From positions 10,664,001 to 10,728,000 of the forward strand of contig CM102285.1 of assembly GCA_046563655.1 (NCBI GenBank): a DNA stretch of 64,000 nucleotides, in the 5' to 3' direction. The notes under the pieces were generated by a model. It had not been told where the DNA came from and searched no databases. It saw only the letters and a program-made list of their open reading frames with translations. Positions 10,463 to 25,000 of the stretch are shown here, piece after piece. The translations under genes were made by a program, and so were the position numbers. The DNA is from Yuukianura sp. NJ FZ-2021 (Eukaryota). Numbering within the stretch: position 1 is the stretch's first letter; each line of letters opens with the position of its first letter.

Positions 10463-13400
10463 ATGTTTTCGATTTGTAAAGAATTGCATCCGCCGACCGG
10501 TGTGGAAATGGTGACCTATTGCTACTTCTTCGACCGTCGTGAAAAGAACCTCGTTGTCGCTGGAGCTAATTCAATAAGAGTGTTTAGATTTATGCCGGAT
10601 ATCTACGATACGTTTCCTGGTGAGATGAATTTCCTTGTGTGCTAACGTTTTCAGTGGTTTTTTAGCAACGGCAATGCTGATAATGGAGTGCTTTTTGTTT
10701 TTTCCCCTATTTAGATGAGACGAAGCCGCCGAAAATGCGAATGGAGTGTATGGCCGAATTTCGATTCAGTGGAAACCTTGCAGCCATGGAAAGTATGTCT
10801 CTGAGCCTGGCTCGGGATGCCTTACTTTTGGCGTTTCAAGACGCAAAACTGTCAATCGTCGAATATGATCCAGAGATGCACGATCTGCGGACAATCTCAC
10901 TCCATTATTTTGAGACTGATGATTTCAAGGTTAGGCATAAGATCCAACATCAATTAATTTTGTGATATCTGTAAGTATTATGAGGAGGGTGAAACATTTG
11001 CTTTTGATTTGATTTAGTGTGGTTGGAATGCGAGACCTGTCAGTAAGCTACGAGTTGATCCTGATGGACGATGTGCCGCTTTGCTTGTCTACGGTCGACA
11101 TTTAGTCGTCATTCCGTTTTTGAAACGAGATTCAGTATTTGATGAGCAGTTCATGGATAGTTCAGATATCAAGGTAAGTTAATTCAGCGTGAACTTTCTT
11201 TTAAGAGCAATATTTTACCGTAGGCGTTGTTTTCGTAATTTTTCAGCCTAACATGGCAAGTTTGAACCGAATACCCGCTCTGCGGTCGTATACCATTGAA
11301 CTGAAGGATGTGGATGAAGGCATAGAGAACATTGTGGATTTCAAGTTTCTGTATGGGTACTACGAACCTACAATTGTCTTTGTCTATGAACCTATTCAAA
11401 CATACGTTGGGTAAGATTTATTTACAAATTCAATCACGAAACCGGAAACCTTGAGATAAATCTTGGCAACACTGATTTAGCATTTCCTACTCTTTGCAGG
11501 CGTTTAAGTGTCCGTCAAGATACATGCTCTCTTGTGGCAGTATCACTGAACATCTCCCAAAAAGTTCATCCCAGCGTTTGGAACGTCAACCAACTGCCAT
11601 TTGATTGTTGCCAAGTACTTGCTGTGCCTAAACCGATCGGCGGAGTTCTTGTGATGGCTCAGAATTCGATGATATATCTAAATCAAAGTGTTCCTTCATA
11701 TGCTGTGTCACTGAATTCCATTGCTCCAAAGACAACTGGATTCCCAATGAGTAAGTCGCGTCTTTTCTTCTGTTCCGAATCAATTTATGAGCTGGTTGGA
11801 TGCAATAAGGATTTCAATTGAAAAATCTACGTTTTGTTTAACTTTACGCAGAGGTCCAGGAAGACGTCGTGATGACCTTGGATTGCACTCAAGCAGACTT
11901 TTTAAGCGCCGACCAGCTATTACTTTCATTGAAGGGAGGTGAATTGTACGTGCTTACACTCCTTTGCGATGCAATGCGAAGTGTACGTGGATTTCACTTT
12001 GAGAAGTCTGCATCATCTGTTTTGACGACTTGTGTAAGCTATGTTCAGCAGTTCATTTCTGATTTCTTTCCAAAGATTTCTTGACGTTACACTTCTATTT
12101 ACTAACCAGAATTTCCTTTTTTCATTCATCTTGCAGCTGATCATTTGCGACAAGGATTACATTTTCTTGGGCTCCAGACTAGGAAATTCCTTACTTCTTC
12201 GGATCAGCGAGAAAGGAGTAACAAAAGTTGCAATTGAAGGGGTTACAGCCGATGGAGACGAAAAGAATGGCATCGAAGTTGAAGATTTGACAGAAGACGA
12301 TGACGCTGAGATCATCCGGCTGAAGAGATCTCGAAAAGCACTGGATGAAGAGGAGGCTGAAGTTTATGGGGGTGAAAAGAAAACCCATTTCGCACTAAAG
12401 ACGTACACACTGGAAGTAAGTTTTTCATTGTATCACTGCACTTTTCTGTTTCCTTATTCTATGTTTTTTCTCCATTGAGGTGTCAGACTCCCTGCTGAAT
12501 GTTGGTCCATGTGGAAACATGACTTTGGGCGAACCATCGTTTCTCTCTGACGATTTTATTGCACTTGAGGATCCCGATTTAGAGCTTGTAACAACCTCTG
12601 GTTATGCCAAGAATGGAGCGTTGTGTATTTTGGAGAGGTCGATCCGTCCTCAGGTCGTAACGACAATTACACTTCCGGGACTTCAGGATCTCTGGACGCT
12701 GCATACCGCACCAGCTCAAGAAAGTCATGAATTGATCGTGGTGTCGCAGGAAAACAGAAGCATTGTAAGAGGAAGAACCAACATGTTTAAAACTTCTTTT
12801 TTCATTTTTTGCAACTTACTACTTCATTTGCAAACGTTCTGTAGGTTCTTCATGCCGATGAGGATATCAATCAAGTAACCGATAGCGGATTTGTTACCGA
12901 TATGCCGACTATTTTCGTGTGCAATCTTGGAAACAATAAGTACATTGCACAAGTGACCAAGGATGGGGTTCGCCTTTTGAGTGGGACTGAAGCGGTTCAG
13001 CGTCTGAATCTGGATTTGACATCGGATATCGTCTTCGCCACCGCAGCAGATCCTTATTTATGCATCCTTACGGAGGAGGGCTATGTCGTTCTTTTATGCC
13101 TGGAAGGTGATCAACTCGTTACAACTTTTACACAGCTTCACAAGGTTTGTTACTACTTGATACACTTGAACTATGGAATTTGGCACCAAATACTGAAAGC
13201 CGTTTTTCACACAGAAATCAAAGATTGACGCAATCTCGTGCTACTGCGATTGTAGTGGTCTGTTTACAACTAAAGCTCCTGGAACGGATAACCCGGAAGC
13301 GCAAATTATGAAACTGGCTAAAGTGAAAAAGTGAGCACCACCTCTTAAATTCTAAGAAAAAGTGTTGTTTTTTTTTGCTATCTGAGAACTTACTTAAGTT

Positions 13401-16186
13401 TGTAAGTATTTTTCTAACGTATTTTTGGAATGTTTAGAGAAATGAGGGATGAAGACGAACTGCTTTACGGAATGCCAGATGTGTCTGATTCAAATTTCAA
13501 AAAGGAGCAGGCAGCAAATACTTCAAGATGGTGGAAGCGGAATCGCTACAAGCATCAGAATACTGCGCAGTCATTTTGGTTAGCAATCTGCAGAGAAACT
13601 GGTGCGCTAGAAATATACACTCTTCCTGATCTTCAACTCAGAATGTCCGTTGTGGACTTTTCTTCATCTCCGAGGGTGTTGGGTCACACTACTCAGCGAG
13701 CAGAGTAATTGATTCATTTTCCATTTCTACCTTTGAAAAATTTGGATTATCGTGTTTCGTTTTTTTTTCAGTGTACCAGATGAATCAGAGCAACAATCGC
13801 TTCCAAAAGTCCTTGAAATTCTCTTAGTTGGATTGGGTTACATGAATCGGAGACCAATCATTTTTGCACGCATTGGTGAAGACTTATCAATATACGAGGG
13901 GTATCCATATTACGAAGACACGTACGAAGACGTACTCAAAATGAGATTCTGTCAAGTACGGCACCATCTCATTCTTCGTGAGCGCCGTTCGTAAGTCTTT
14001 GAGCGATTCGTAGTTAAACAAGAAAGTTGTGCTCAGTAGTTAAACTAATACCGTTTTTCTCAATTGTAGAGCAAAAGCCAAAGCGTCCTCAACACCTTCC
14101 GTTTCGCCAATTCGGCAACATTTTCGACATTTCGCATCTCTAGGAGGCTACACTGGGGTACGATGATAATTTTAATGAAAAAACCGTATTCTCTTAGGAT
14201 CTCTCAACTCTTCAGTGATTCTATTTTTCTTTATCGAAATAGGTATTCGTTTGTGGTCCATACCCTCATTGGATAATACTGTCAACTTCGGGTCAGATGA
14301 GGTTTCATCCTATGGGAATTGACTCGCGTATCATAGCCTTCTCACCGTTCAATAATCCAAATTGCCCATTCGGTGGATTCATCTACTGCAACATTGACTT
14401 TGAATTCAGAATTTGTATGCTGGCGAAGCACTTGTCGTATGATTCTCCATGGCCGCTTCGAAAAGTTCCGTTGAAGCATACTCCGCACTTCATCGTGTAT
14501 CATCAAGAGACGAAAACGTACATTGTTGCGCTAAGTTCAGGTGAACTTTCGGGCAAGATTTGCCGTGTCGCTGGAGATGAAAAGGTCAGTTAGAACTCCT
14601 ATATTTGTAAAGACAAAGGGGATTAGAATGTTGTTCCTAATTGTTAAGGAATGTTGATTACAGGAGTTCATTGACGAGCCGAAAGGTGATCGTTTTCCAC
14701 TTCCAACCAGAGAAAGTTTCAGCCTTCACATTTTTTCACCAGCAACTTGGGAGGCAAGAATGATGACTTCTATTTATTTCTGTTCTGACTTCAAATAAAA
14801 TGGTTGTATTTAAATTTTTTTGATTTTTGTTTGTAGGTTGTTCCGAATTCGGAGCTGGAAATGGACCCATTCGAAAATATTTTGTGCGTGAAAGTTGTGA
14901 GTTTGTCTTACGAAGGAGCCAGAAGTGGTCTGAGAGGATACTTGGCAATTGGGACAAACTACTCTTACGGAGAGGATACAACTAGTCGTGGACGACTGAT
15001 GGTCTTGGATGTGATTGAAGTTGTTCCAGAACCCGGACAACCTCTTACCAAAAACAAGTTCAAGATGTTGTACCAGAAGGAACATAAGGGGCCGATTACT
15101 GCAATAGACAGCGTCGTTGGGTTTCTGTGTGCCGCTGTTGGTCAGAAGGTAAGTACAAAGTGTAATATAAATACCTAGCTCATTTATCACGTCTCACGGT
15201 AACACTTTTCACTTTCAGTTGTACTTGTGGCAACTCAAGGACAATGACTTGGTCGGTATAGCTTTCATTGATACTCAGATTTACATTCACCAAATTATTA
15301 CGGTCAAGAATTTAATTTATATTGCGGATGTGTACAAGTCAGTTGAGCTACTAAGATTCCAGGAAACTTACCGTACTTTAGCAGTTGTGTCAAGGGTAAG
15401 CTTCTTCGAATTCTATTGTCGGTCACTGCGCATTTGTATTGACGTCTCATTTTATCAGGATTTTCGACCATTGGAAGTGTATGCAATTTCATTCTTGATT
15501 GACAATACTCAACTTGGGCTTTTGGCAACTGACAAGGACAAAAATATTCACTTGTACATGTTTCAACCTCAAGCAAGGGAAAGCGTAGGCGGTGAGTTAC
15601 GTCGTTTTAATTTAGTTCATAGTACGCACTGAGTTGGTTTTTATATTTTAGGTCATCGTCTCGTCCGAAAGGCAGATTTTCATTACGGACAACATATTTT
15701 GTCATTCTGTCGCGTCAAATGTAAACTACTAGATCCATCAACCACGAAAAGGAATTCCATCGCAATTGAGAAGCGACATGTTACGTTCTTCTGTACACTG
15801 GATGGCGGGATAGGCTACTTGCTGCCAATAACTGAAAGGACTTACAGGAGACTTCTGATGCTGCAAAGTGTTCTTGCTAACATACTTCAACATCGGGGCG
15901 GGCTTAACCCCAAGACTTACAGGCATTTTATTCAACACAATTTTGTTAAAACATCTACTCAACTTAAAACGTAATCTCGAAATTATTTGTTATTTGCAGG
16001 CAACTGAATACCACCGATAGAACACTAGGGAATCCAGCTAAAGGAATCATTGACGGAGAACTGGTATGGGAGTTCATGAATCTACCTTGGAAGGAAAAGT
16101 GTGACGTTTCTAAAAAGATTGGAAGCAAGAGTGATGACATAATCGAAGACTTGATGGAAATTGACAGAATTTCTGCTCATTTCTAA
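10463..16186 (+). CDS. CPSF1: Cleavage and polyadenylation specificity factor subunit 1 (CPSF160), multi-exon
   Basis: [15 protein letters not shown] start, [76 protein letters not shown]-terminal DRISAHF-stop at 16184-16186. Confidence 0.97.
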
Positions 16187-16447
16187 GCTCCGGAACTTAA
16201 GTCCCTTACATTCATATACTATACTATACTACGTAAATAGTTTTTACCGGCACTTTTTTAAAGTTGGACAAAGCAAAACTATATTTTAGTAGAATAATTC
16301 TGATTAATTATTAATTTCAAGTAGTTATTCAGCAGGAGGAAGGTGAATTTTTCAATCAGGTCCCAAATTCAAGGACTTGAGTAAACAAATGCATGAAATG
16401 CAGCACATTCCAGGAGTTAATTCTTCAAAAGCTAAGTCAGGCTTGAC

Positions 16448-19400
16448 CTATTGCTCTAAGTGATTTTTGGACAGTTCATTGTGCACTGAACTCGCCGGAT
16501 TCACCAACAGCGATATAAATCCATCAACGTCCTGCAATTCCCTGGATGTGAATTTTGCAGAAAGTGTTTTATCTCCTTCAGTTTTTGGAGTGATGGTGAA
16601 AGTTGCTTCTGCTACCTCACCGGGTTCTACAGGCCTATTTCCAGATTACGTTTTGAATTTAGAATCTTAAACACCTAGTATTTTATGTTCGATTGCCAAT
16701 TTTTGTGCTACTAAATGTCTTACGTTTTTAGAGTATTTTTCAGAGGTACGACAAGGCCAGCGCCCGGAGATTCAAGCTCAAACATACATCTATTCAGCTT
16801 CACCGGTAGCGGATTCGTGAGTTTCAGCGTTACTTCTACCGGTTGTCCGGCAAATACCGAGTATCTATCATCAGCGTGAATCTGCAGTGTGTAAGAAATT
16901 TAAATTATTGTTGCCTTTAATTTTCGTAATTTTTTTTTATTTCTTTGAACAGGTTACCATGAATTTGACATCGGGCTTTCGCAGCCGGAAATCATCTTGT
17001 GCAAAATACTCGAAGTTGGTGTCCTGCACTTTGGCGAGGCAAGCCACATTGAACGAATCTTGGTCTTGGGCGCTTATCTTGGAAGCATATTCAGTGTACT
17101 CGACGGGTAATACCACTTCTTCCTCTATTTTAAGTAAGGTTTAGCGAAAAACTTCGAGCACAATTAAGTTTTACTAACTTACCTGTTCCAGCGAGCAATA
17201 AGACCGAGTAGGTTTGTTTTTTGACTTCCGTCTTAACTTTCCCTGTGTAAAGCATCGAATCTACCCTCATGGTGACTTTTATGTTGTAGTCTTTTCTCCC
17301 ACGAACGTGTATAATTTTAAGAATTGTTCTACAAAATTATAGAATTGTTCTAAATCAGAATCCAATCAGGAACCAGAATGAAAGTTGTCATGAATTTTTA
17401 CCTAAATGGAGATCCAATGACGATGTCATCAATTAGCTGAAAGTCAAATCGAATATCATTGAAGTCTTCATTGAGATAATATCGGCTAAACAAACTTTCA
17501 CTTTGTTTTAAAGCCTCTAGCATTGCTTCTCGTTCTTCAGCAGTATCTATTTCCAAAGAAATCATGATTAGTCCATCAATTAATCAGACTGAATTCAAAT
17601 TTTTAAAATTTACTTTCTGGAAACTTGTAGTAATCTGTGATATCTTCCCTCTCAAAGCTTCCAATGGCTTTCGTACTGATGCTCATCCCAATTCTAAAAA
17701 AGAGAGTTTACGTTTTCAACTATCCTAGGATTTTGAACTTTGGTTTTGAAAAAGTTTCGTTTATTTTGAAAAAACTTGCACTTACGCTTCTGATTTCTTT
17801 CCTAAAAGTTTCAGAGGTGCTCCAGGACCACGATACTGCCAGTACACTTTGTCGGCGTTGACTTCGCTGTAAACAAATGGACCATCGTAAGGTCTTCGGA
17901 TTTCACCTCTTCGGATTGCAGCGACAGAGGCTGGGCCACATCGAAACATGTCTTCGCTCATCTCCTGCGGAGTGGCATCAATCACTTGCCAGCCTCTGTA
18001 GACATTGCCGCCCTCTTCTTCCAGGTCAATCCGTTTAAACCAAACTTCGTTCCAAACGTGAAAGTTCCTAAAAAAATAAAACGTTTTTGAGTTTCAGGAA
18101 TTGAAGACAACTGGAAATCTTACCATACGGAATCCGTGTTCAACTTGGCGATGGGTTTGCCCTCTTCGTCCATGAAGTAGTCCACGGTGAGGGAGCCATG
18201 AGTGTCATGCGCTGAAGCATAGTTTGTGACAGGACGTGATGGAATACCCAGAGTACGAGCAACTTTTTCAAACAAAATTGAAATTGTAAGAATTTTTGGA
18301 TTGAGTTTTGTTTACCATGAAATTGGTTTCGGTTGTACTTGTAGTTAAAACTCCAGAGAAAACCCAACACTGTGCGAATTTGACTGGTTTTTTGGTGTCA
18401 AAATATTGTTGCAATATTTTGCCACTTCCAGTCCATTTGATAGGAGGAGTTCCACCTTCGAATTTATCTGTCCAATTCCCTTCGAGAACACCGTTGTTGT
18501 CCAAGGAGTTGACCTGAAAGTATTACGACAGAGGTCAAGGGGCAAATCCTGAATTTGTCTCTTTCTGAAATTGAAGTTTCATAATTAAAAGTACCCCTGC
18601 TGAAATTGTTCTTGCTATCTTTATAGGATCTGCTCTGGACGATGGTGCGAGTCTTCCAGGACCGCTCAGAAGATACAGAGCACAATCCAGCACGTCTCTC
18701 TCGAATTGTGAGTATGTCCATGGCGTTGGTCTCATTCGATTGTGAGTTCCTACGCACATTATTTGCAATTTTATTTTGTTAATTAAGAAGATTTTTTGAA
18801 CATTATTTTGTCAATTTAGACCCCAGCGGAATTCAAACTTGTGTTCAAACCTCTCCAAATCAAGCCAGAGTCTTCCATCACATATTCCTGGCGCGACGGT
18901 TCGTGTTCCATGTATACCACATCGTCTACATCAAATATTCTATGGTAAGCTAAAACGGTTTTCAATTCAAGTCGAATGGTAGTCTCTGATTGGTTGAACT
19001 ACCTTCACACCAAGGATTAAAAAGAATGTAAATTGGATCCGGAAGTTTGTAGCTAACTGCTGCCAAGTCTTGGTGCAATCTTTCCTTGAACTTTGTATCT
19101 ACATCAATTTTCCAAGTTCCAACGGAACACTTAGGGGAAGCTTTAAACTAGACCGTAAAACCCGAATTTGTCACATTTTCTTAATTTTTTTTTTAAAAGC
19201 AAGTCACTTTAGACTTACATAAACTTCTACTCGCGAACCATCAATTTTTCCAATGTAGGCTGTCCAGGGTGTAGAGTTCCAATAATCGGACGTTCTGAAT
19301 AAAAGTGGAACAGCAATAAGCGTCCCATGACTCATACTTGCCTTTCCATCTAACCAAAATTTAGTTCAATACTTTAGTCAAACGTTGTTGGATCTGAAAG

Positions 19401-19899
19401 ACTATAATTTTTTTTGTAGACTCACTTGCAATAGAAAACACAAAGGAGACGCCATCACGGTCCTTGTTAAATGGACGGCTAAAGTAGAGGTCAAGTACGA
19501 ATTCTTGACCTCTTCGAATAACAAGTTTCCGGTCACGCTCCCGTGACATCAGCTCATACTTCTCCGTGTGATGATCCACTCCATTTTCTGCGAAGCGGAG
19601 GTCCACTTTCACCACTCGGAGCACATCCAACTTGGGATCCTCTGCAACCATTTAGGTAAATTCTTAATTTTAGCACAATCAAGGAATCGACATTGAAAGA
19701 TTTGACCAATTCGGTTTTATCCTGTTACAATTTGCTCTTTTCCAGATTTACCCAATGTTTCTGGAGGTGTTGGCAAATAGAGGTCGTTGACATATCTGGA
19801 CCTCCGATTGCGCTCAGATTCAACTTTGCCACTAATTTCGTAAACCTGGCTACAACAAGAGTGGAAACCAAGTACGTTCCAGCAATTTTCAATTCCCAT
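16448..19899 (-). CDS. Transglutaminase (annulin/hemocyte TGase-like), multi-exon
   Basis: [17 protein letters not shown], catalytic triad FAQCWVFSG (Cys codon 18367-18369), [29 protein letters not shown]; stop TAG at 16448-16450. Confidence 0.95.
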
Positions 19900-22042
19900 T
19901 TTAAAAATCTACACTATAACACTAAATCCGAACTAACGACTAAAGTTAAAGTAGACTAAAATTTTGTTTGTGTTCTAGGACAGTCTAGAGAAGCAGAAAT
20001 GGAGCAAGATCACTCCAGTAATCCTACCCAAAACCATTATGCTCCCTCAGTTACAGTTGTGAATACCAAGTAAGATTTATGGTTCATAACAGAAGATTCA
20101 AGTGATTTAGGCAGTTGCACGACCTTAATATTTTTGGAATTGTATTCTTACGTAACAGGACTGTATTGTCTGCCTCCATCTTCCTGGTTCCTGCGTTCAA
20201 TCAAATCCAAAGATGAAGTGGATCTCAATTGGGAAAGCACCCACGCTTAAGATTCTTAAAAGGGCAACTGGTTTCTCTCATTTTAGAACAAATGAAAGTC
20301 ATCTGTCCACTGAAGGTCAATTGCAGAATCCACTTCCACACTTGTGTTACAAGTTTATAACGATTGACGTTATACGGGATACAGGTGAGGTCATACAATC
20401 TATTCGATCCATGCTGCGATCAATTTGCGTCATGTTTTGTCCTTTACATATTTAATTCCGGCTTGTCAAAATTGAAATGCTTTTAGTTTTCCAGTTAATC
20501 CAGTACTCGATAAATCAGTAGGTTTTTGTAATGAGATGCGGATAATAAGGCGTGGGATTCTTGAAGGGATTGTTCATGCCTGTTTTGGATTTAAGTTTTG
20601 AAAGGTACAAAAACCATGGCCAAATCCAAAATTAGCGAAACTTGTTTAGGGCGGAGTGTGCAAGAACGAGGAAAAGGTCAAACAATTTACTCAAATAACC
20701 AAAATTTAATTTTCTGCGAAGGTAGAGAATTCTTGATTAGGGAATATGATCTGCACGGACTTACTTAAAATGTTCGATATTATAATTAGTAATTAACTGT
20801 TAGTTAAAGTAGTTAAGAAGAAAGAATTTTTAAATTCATGCTTCTCCTGTGCTACACTTTACCTCTATAAGGTGGCCAGCGCTGCCTTCGTTCTTGACGC
20901 CGAACAATTGGCTTTGGAAACCAATTTGGTGGTTTCCAGTTGTCAATTGAATTTCTGTTTAATCGAAATGTCCCAAAACCATTTGAGGTTGACATTTATA
21001 ATTTTTAAATCACTTGTACGTACAAAACAATTAGGAACTCAACCACCAATTTTACTTTTTACGATAACGCTGTAACAGCCAAGCAACTTTTTACAGTTAA
21101 GCGGACGATGGGCCAATGGCTATGAATTGACTAGATTTTTGCACAATGCGAGCATCAAATTCATAAGATGCTTTACCTCTTAGAGCTAAAACACCTACAC
21201 GTACACCACAATTCGCTACTGCATCATTTACTTACCTCATTCTATAGGGTGCTAAATCTCATGATAATTTTAATAATCTTGTATCAGGATTGTTGAAGAC
21301 AATGCAGAAAAGCCAAAAAAAAATCAAACTCAACATTTATAAAAGCAAAGTTTTCTGCATAAATAAGTGTGGATTTTAAAATTCAAAATTTCATTTTAGA
21401 TGTGAATTATGGAATTATTGAGTTCATCATCATAAGACGCGCAAGAAATTAGACGACGCTTGCCTTTGAAATTTTAAATTTTAAGGCGCGAAAGTTGACT
21501 CGTTTACCTCGCATAGCCTCTCTAGCGGTTACAGTGCACAACACCCCTTTTTGAACATGTTGCATAAATGGGCATAATTTTATTTTATAATAACTTTATT
21601 TTGGATTAAATTAAATTTAATTAAATGTTATTCTAATCTAATTACTGCAACACTAAAAAGTTAATAAATAATTAAGTTGAGTAGTAACGGTCTGGTTTAT
21701 ATTATATACGCCCATAGTTCTGATGAACCGTTGCTTAAAGGTCCAATCTTACAATCAAATATTTTTTTTATTTGCCCATATATGGAGAAAAGAGTTGAGG
21801 TGTCGTAAAAGAAACATTTTGTCAAGCCTAACTTTTTCATGTTTGAATGCTTTTTCAGTGAGAGAGTTTTGAATTTTAGTTTTTTTAAACTTTTGTTTTG
21901 GAATTTGAGGATTAATTTTGCAATAATCAATTAGTGTTAGGAAGTTTGTACTAATTAACAACTTGAAAGACGTAAAGAGTGACCTTTGTTACAAAGTGAA
22001 GAAGACTTTAGTCGATACGTGGAGTGATCGACGTTTTTATCA

Positions 22043-25000
22043 ATGAACGGTGTGAAAATGCCGTTACCGGCTTTTAAACTGATTTGGTTTTTATTAGTGA
22101 ACCAAATTCTTTTGCATGAACTAACAAATGGATCCGGTATCCGGCTCAACGTTCCTCGTGTTCGTCTTCCATATTTTGATACGCTTAGTGTAAATTTTAC
22201 ACTTCATGTTGATAATCCAGGATGTTATAAATGGTGAGTGTACTAAGTACAAAAACTAACTTTGTCAATTGGAAGGTATTGGGGAAAGGGAGAGGAAAGG
22301 ACGCGGGATTCTTTATTCGTTTACTAAACAAATTAGTAATTTAATCTTTTAATCCATGGAATAGTTGTGAATTACGCTTTGTCACGATTAGTTTTCGCAT
22401 TTAAGGTCTAACATTCGCAAAGTGTTTGCCCTTTGCGGATAACTGCATTTCGTGATTGGTTGGGTTGGAAAAACCGGTTTCTTACATGATTTCACGTACG
22501 GACATGGACAGGGTAATGAGTACATTTTGATTTTGTAAAAAAGATGACCACTGCCACTGCCGCTGCCACTGATCTTACCGAAATAAGCTCTTCCAATTAG
22601 CGAGTCACTCTTCATTTTTTCAATATGAATTTAGGAGAATGCATTCAACATGTTCATCATTGTGTTATTGTGTATTTACAGGACGGCTTCCCGATTTGAC
22701 ATAATCAAGCTCATGACAATTGACGGCAAGGACTTTGAAACTGAAGGTATTGAATGTTCGGACAAAGCAGTTATATCGACGTTTTCCAGAGGTGGATCCA
22801 TTACTTTACCAGCGAGCGCGACGGTATTTGCGGAGGAAGTGAACACAAAAGAAAGTGTTCGATGCGATGTCATAATTGATAAGATCGAAAGTATCAAAAT
22901 TTCAACAACCAACAGTTATGTTCATCTGGAAGAAGGTAATAATGATTGAGTATCCATTTCTGCAAAAGAAAATGCATAAGTTTTCCAATAGGATTTTATA
23001 ATAAGACCGTGTTCTGTACAGCTCCGTCAAAGTTTCATGTCCGCGGATACGGATCTCACGGTAATGAATTCTCAACAATGGATGGGGTTCCGATGAAATG
23101 GTGGCTGGAAGCACCATCAGCAGCAGCAACCGCAGACCCAGCTTCTACAATGAGATTTTTGCCATTTTCGGAATCACTATATGAGGTTACTACAAAATAG
23201 CCTAAATTCTGCAATATGATCTGTAATATGTTGTACTTTTTTATTTTTTGTTACCGTTCCGCTTTTTTTAGGCTAAACCTGCAATTGCGGCGCTTGAAGC
23301 GAAGCGATTACAAGGTACGGAGGTCCTAGTTGAGGGACTGAAAACTGGGTCTGTTGTTGTCAATGCCAAAATAAATGTTCCCATGTACCAGGTAAGTTTC
23401 GCTTGCAATGGATTACCGCAAAAATGAGCAGCTGTTGGCTGGAAAATCTATGCAATATCGTTTTGTATTGACAGCATGTACCGAAAACGGATGTACGGAT
23501 TGTAGCCATCGCAAACTTACTATTAGATCCTACTGACCTTGTCATCGTCCCTGAAACGACAGTGCCATTAAAGTTAATTCAACTCAAACAAGGCCGACTA
23601 TTTGGTTAGCAAACTATTAGTTCTAAAAGTCGTTGCAGATTGCTTGAAATGGGAATTATTTTTTTCCTAACAGATATCAAGCTACCTTCTGATACGTACA
23701 TTTTTGAAATCGAGAATACAACTGTGGCGAAGGTTAGTAATTCGTGTACGAGTTTGATTATGATTAAAGTTAAAAGTATCGATTTTTTGACTACCACGTT
23801 TAGTACGATGTGGCCACGTCGACGGTGACTGGACTGGCGTACGGTGAAACGAAGGTGAATATTAGATGGAATGATTCGATTTTATTCAAAAAATTTTGCT
23901 TGCCGCGTTGTTTCTGCTTAAATTACCAATTCGTGTATTTAGATCACGGTTCGAGACAGATATAACCTGGAGTACGAACTGACGGACGCAATTACAGCCT
24001 ATATTTACGTACGAGAGCCAAAGTTCTTGGCCCTAAACGTGAAACCGTACCAGAATTGGGCACTCATGATGGGACAATCGTACACGATCACGGTGGATAT
24101 CTTCGACGCGGACAACCAAAAATTTTATGTTGGAAACGTAAGATATATCCTATTAATTTTGGGATTCATAACGAAAAACTACTGGAACAACTGATGAGTT
24201 GATATAACGAAACAAGCAGCTGAATTAAGTGAGTTTTTTATTTCGGTTTCGCAGAATATAGCTATCAAAACAACATTCGATAAGACTTTATTCAAGACCG
24301 AAATCTCTTCTGCAAACGGAACTTATCATGTGGGACAAGGTGTAAACACTGGATCAACCAAAGTGACAGCCGAGCTTTTACACTACGTTCGAAGAGATGG
24401 AACCAGAATCAGCCCTATCGGTTCACTCAAAGTTCATGCTGATATGGATATTTTCCAGAGAATTGCTATCAGTCCGAAGCTTACGGTAAACCTTCTACTG
24501 AATTCATGCGTAGTGAGAACAATTTGTTGTATGCAGCCTTAAAACATCATGGTTTATGTAGGTCTTGCCATGGGATCCATTTACATCACCGAAGCACGAA
24601 ATTATCTTCAAACCTTCCGGAGGCAATGGAAACTTTTTGTGGACCACCTCCAATTCCACTGTAATCACTGTTACTCAAAGTGGACATGCGCGAACAGAAT
24701 CATATGGAACTGCAAATATTACCGCGGCTATGACAATCAATCCACACATCAATGGAGCCGCCAGAGTCTATGTTCTGTTGCCAACGAGCATGAAAATTGT
24801 GGATCATATTGTCGAAGCTGAAATTGGCGCTCCAATACTAATTCCTTTAGCGTTTTACGCAGCTGTTCCCGGTGATCCGACTGAAAAGCTATTGGAATTC
24901 TCTACATGCCGAAACCTCAATTTTAAAGTACAGATCGAAGACCCGTCCTTTGTTTACGATTCGAAAACGTATTATCCACATGCTAAACCTGCTTGTGCTT

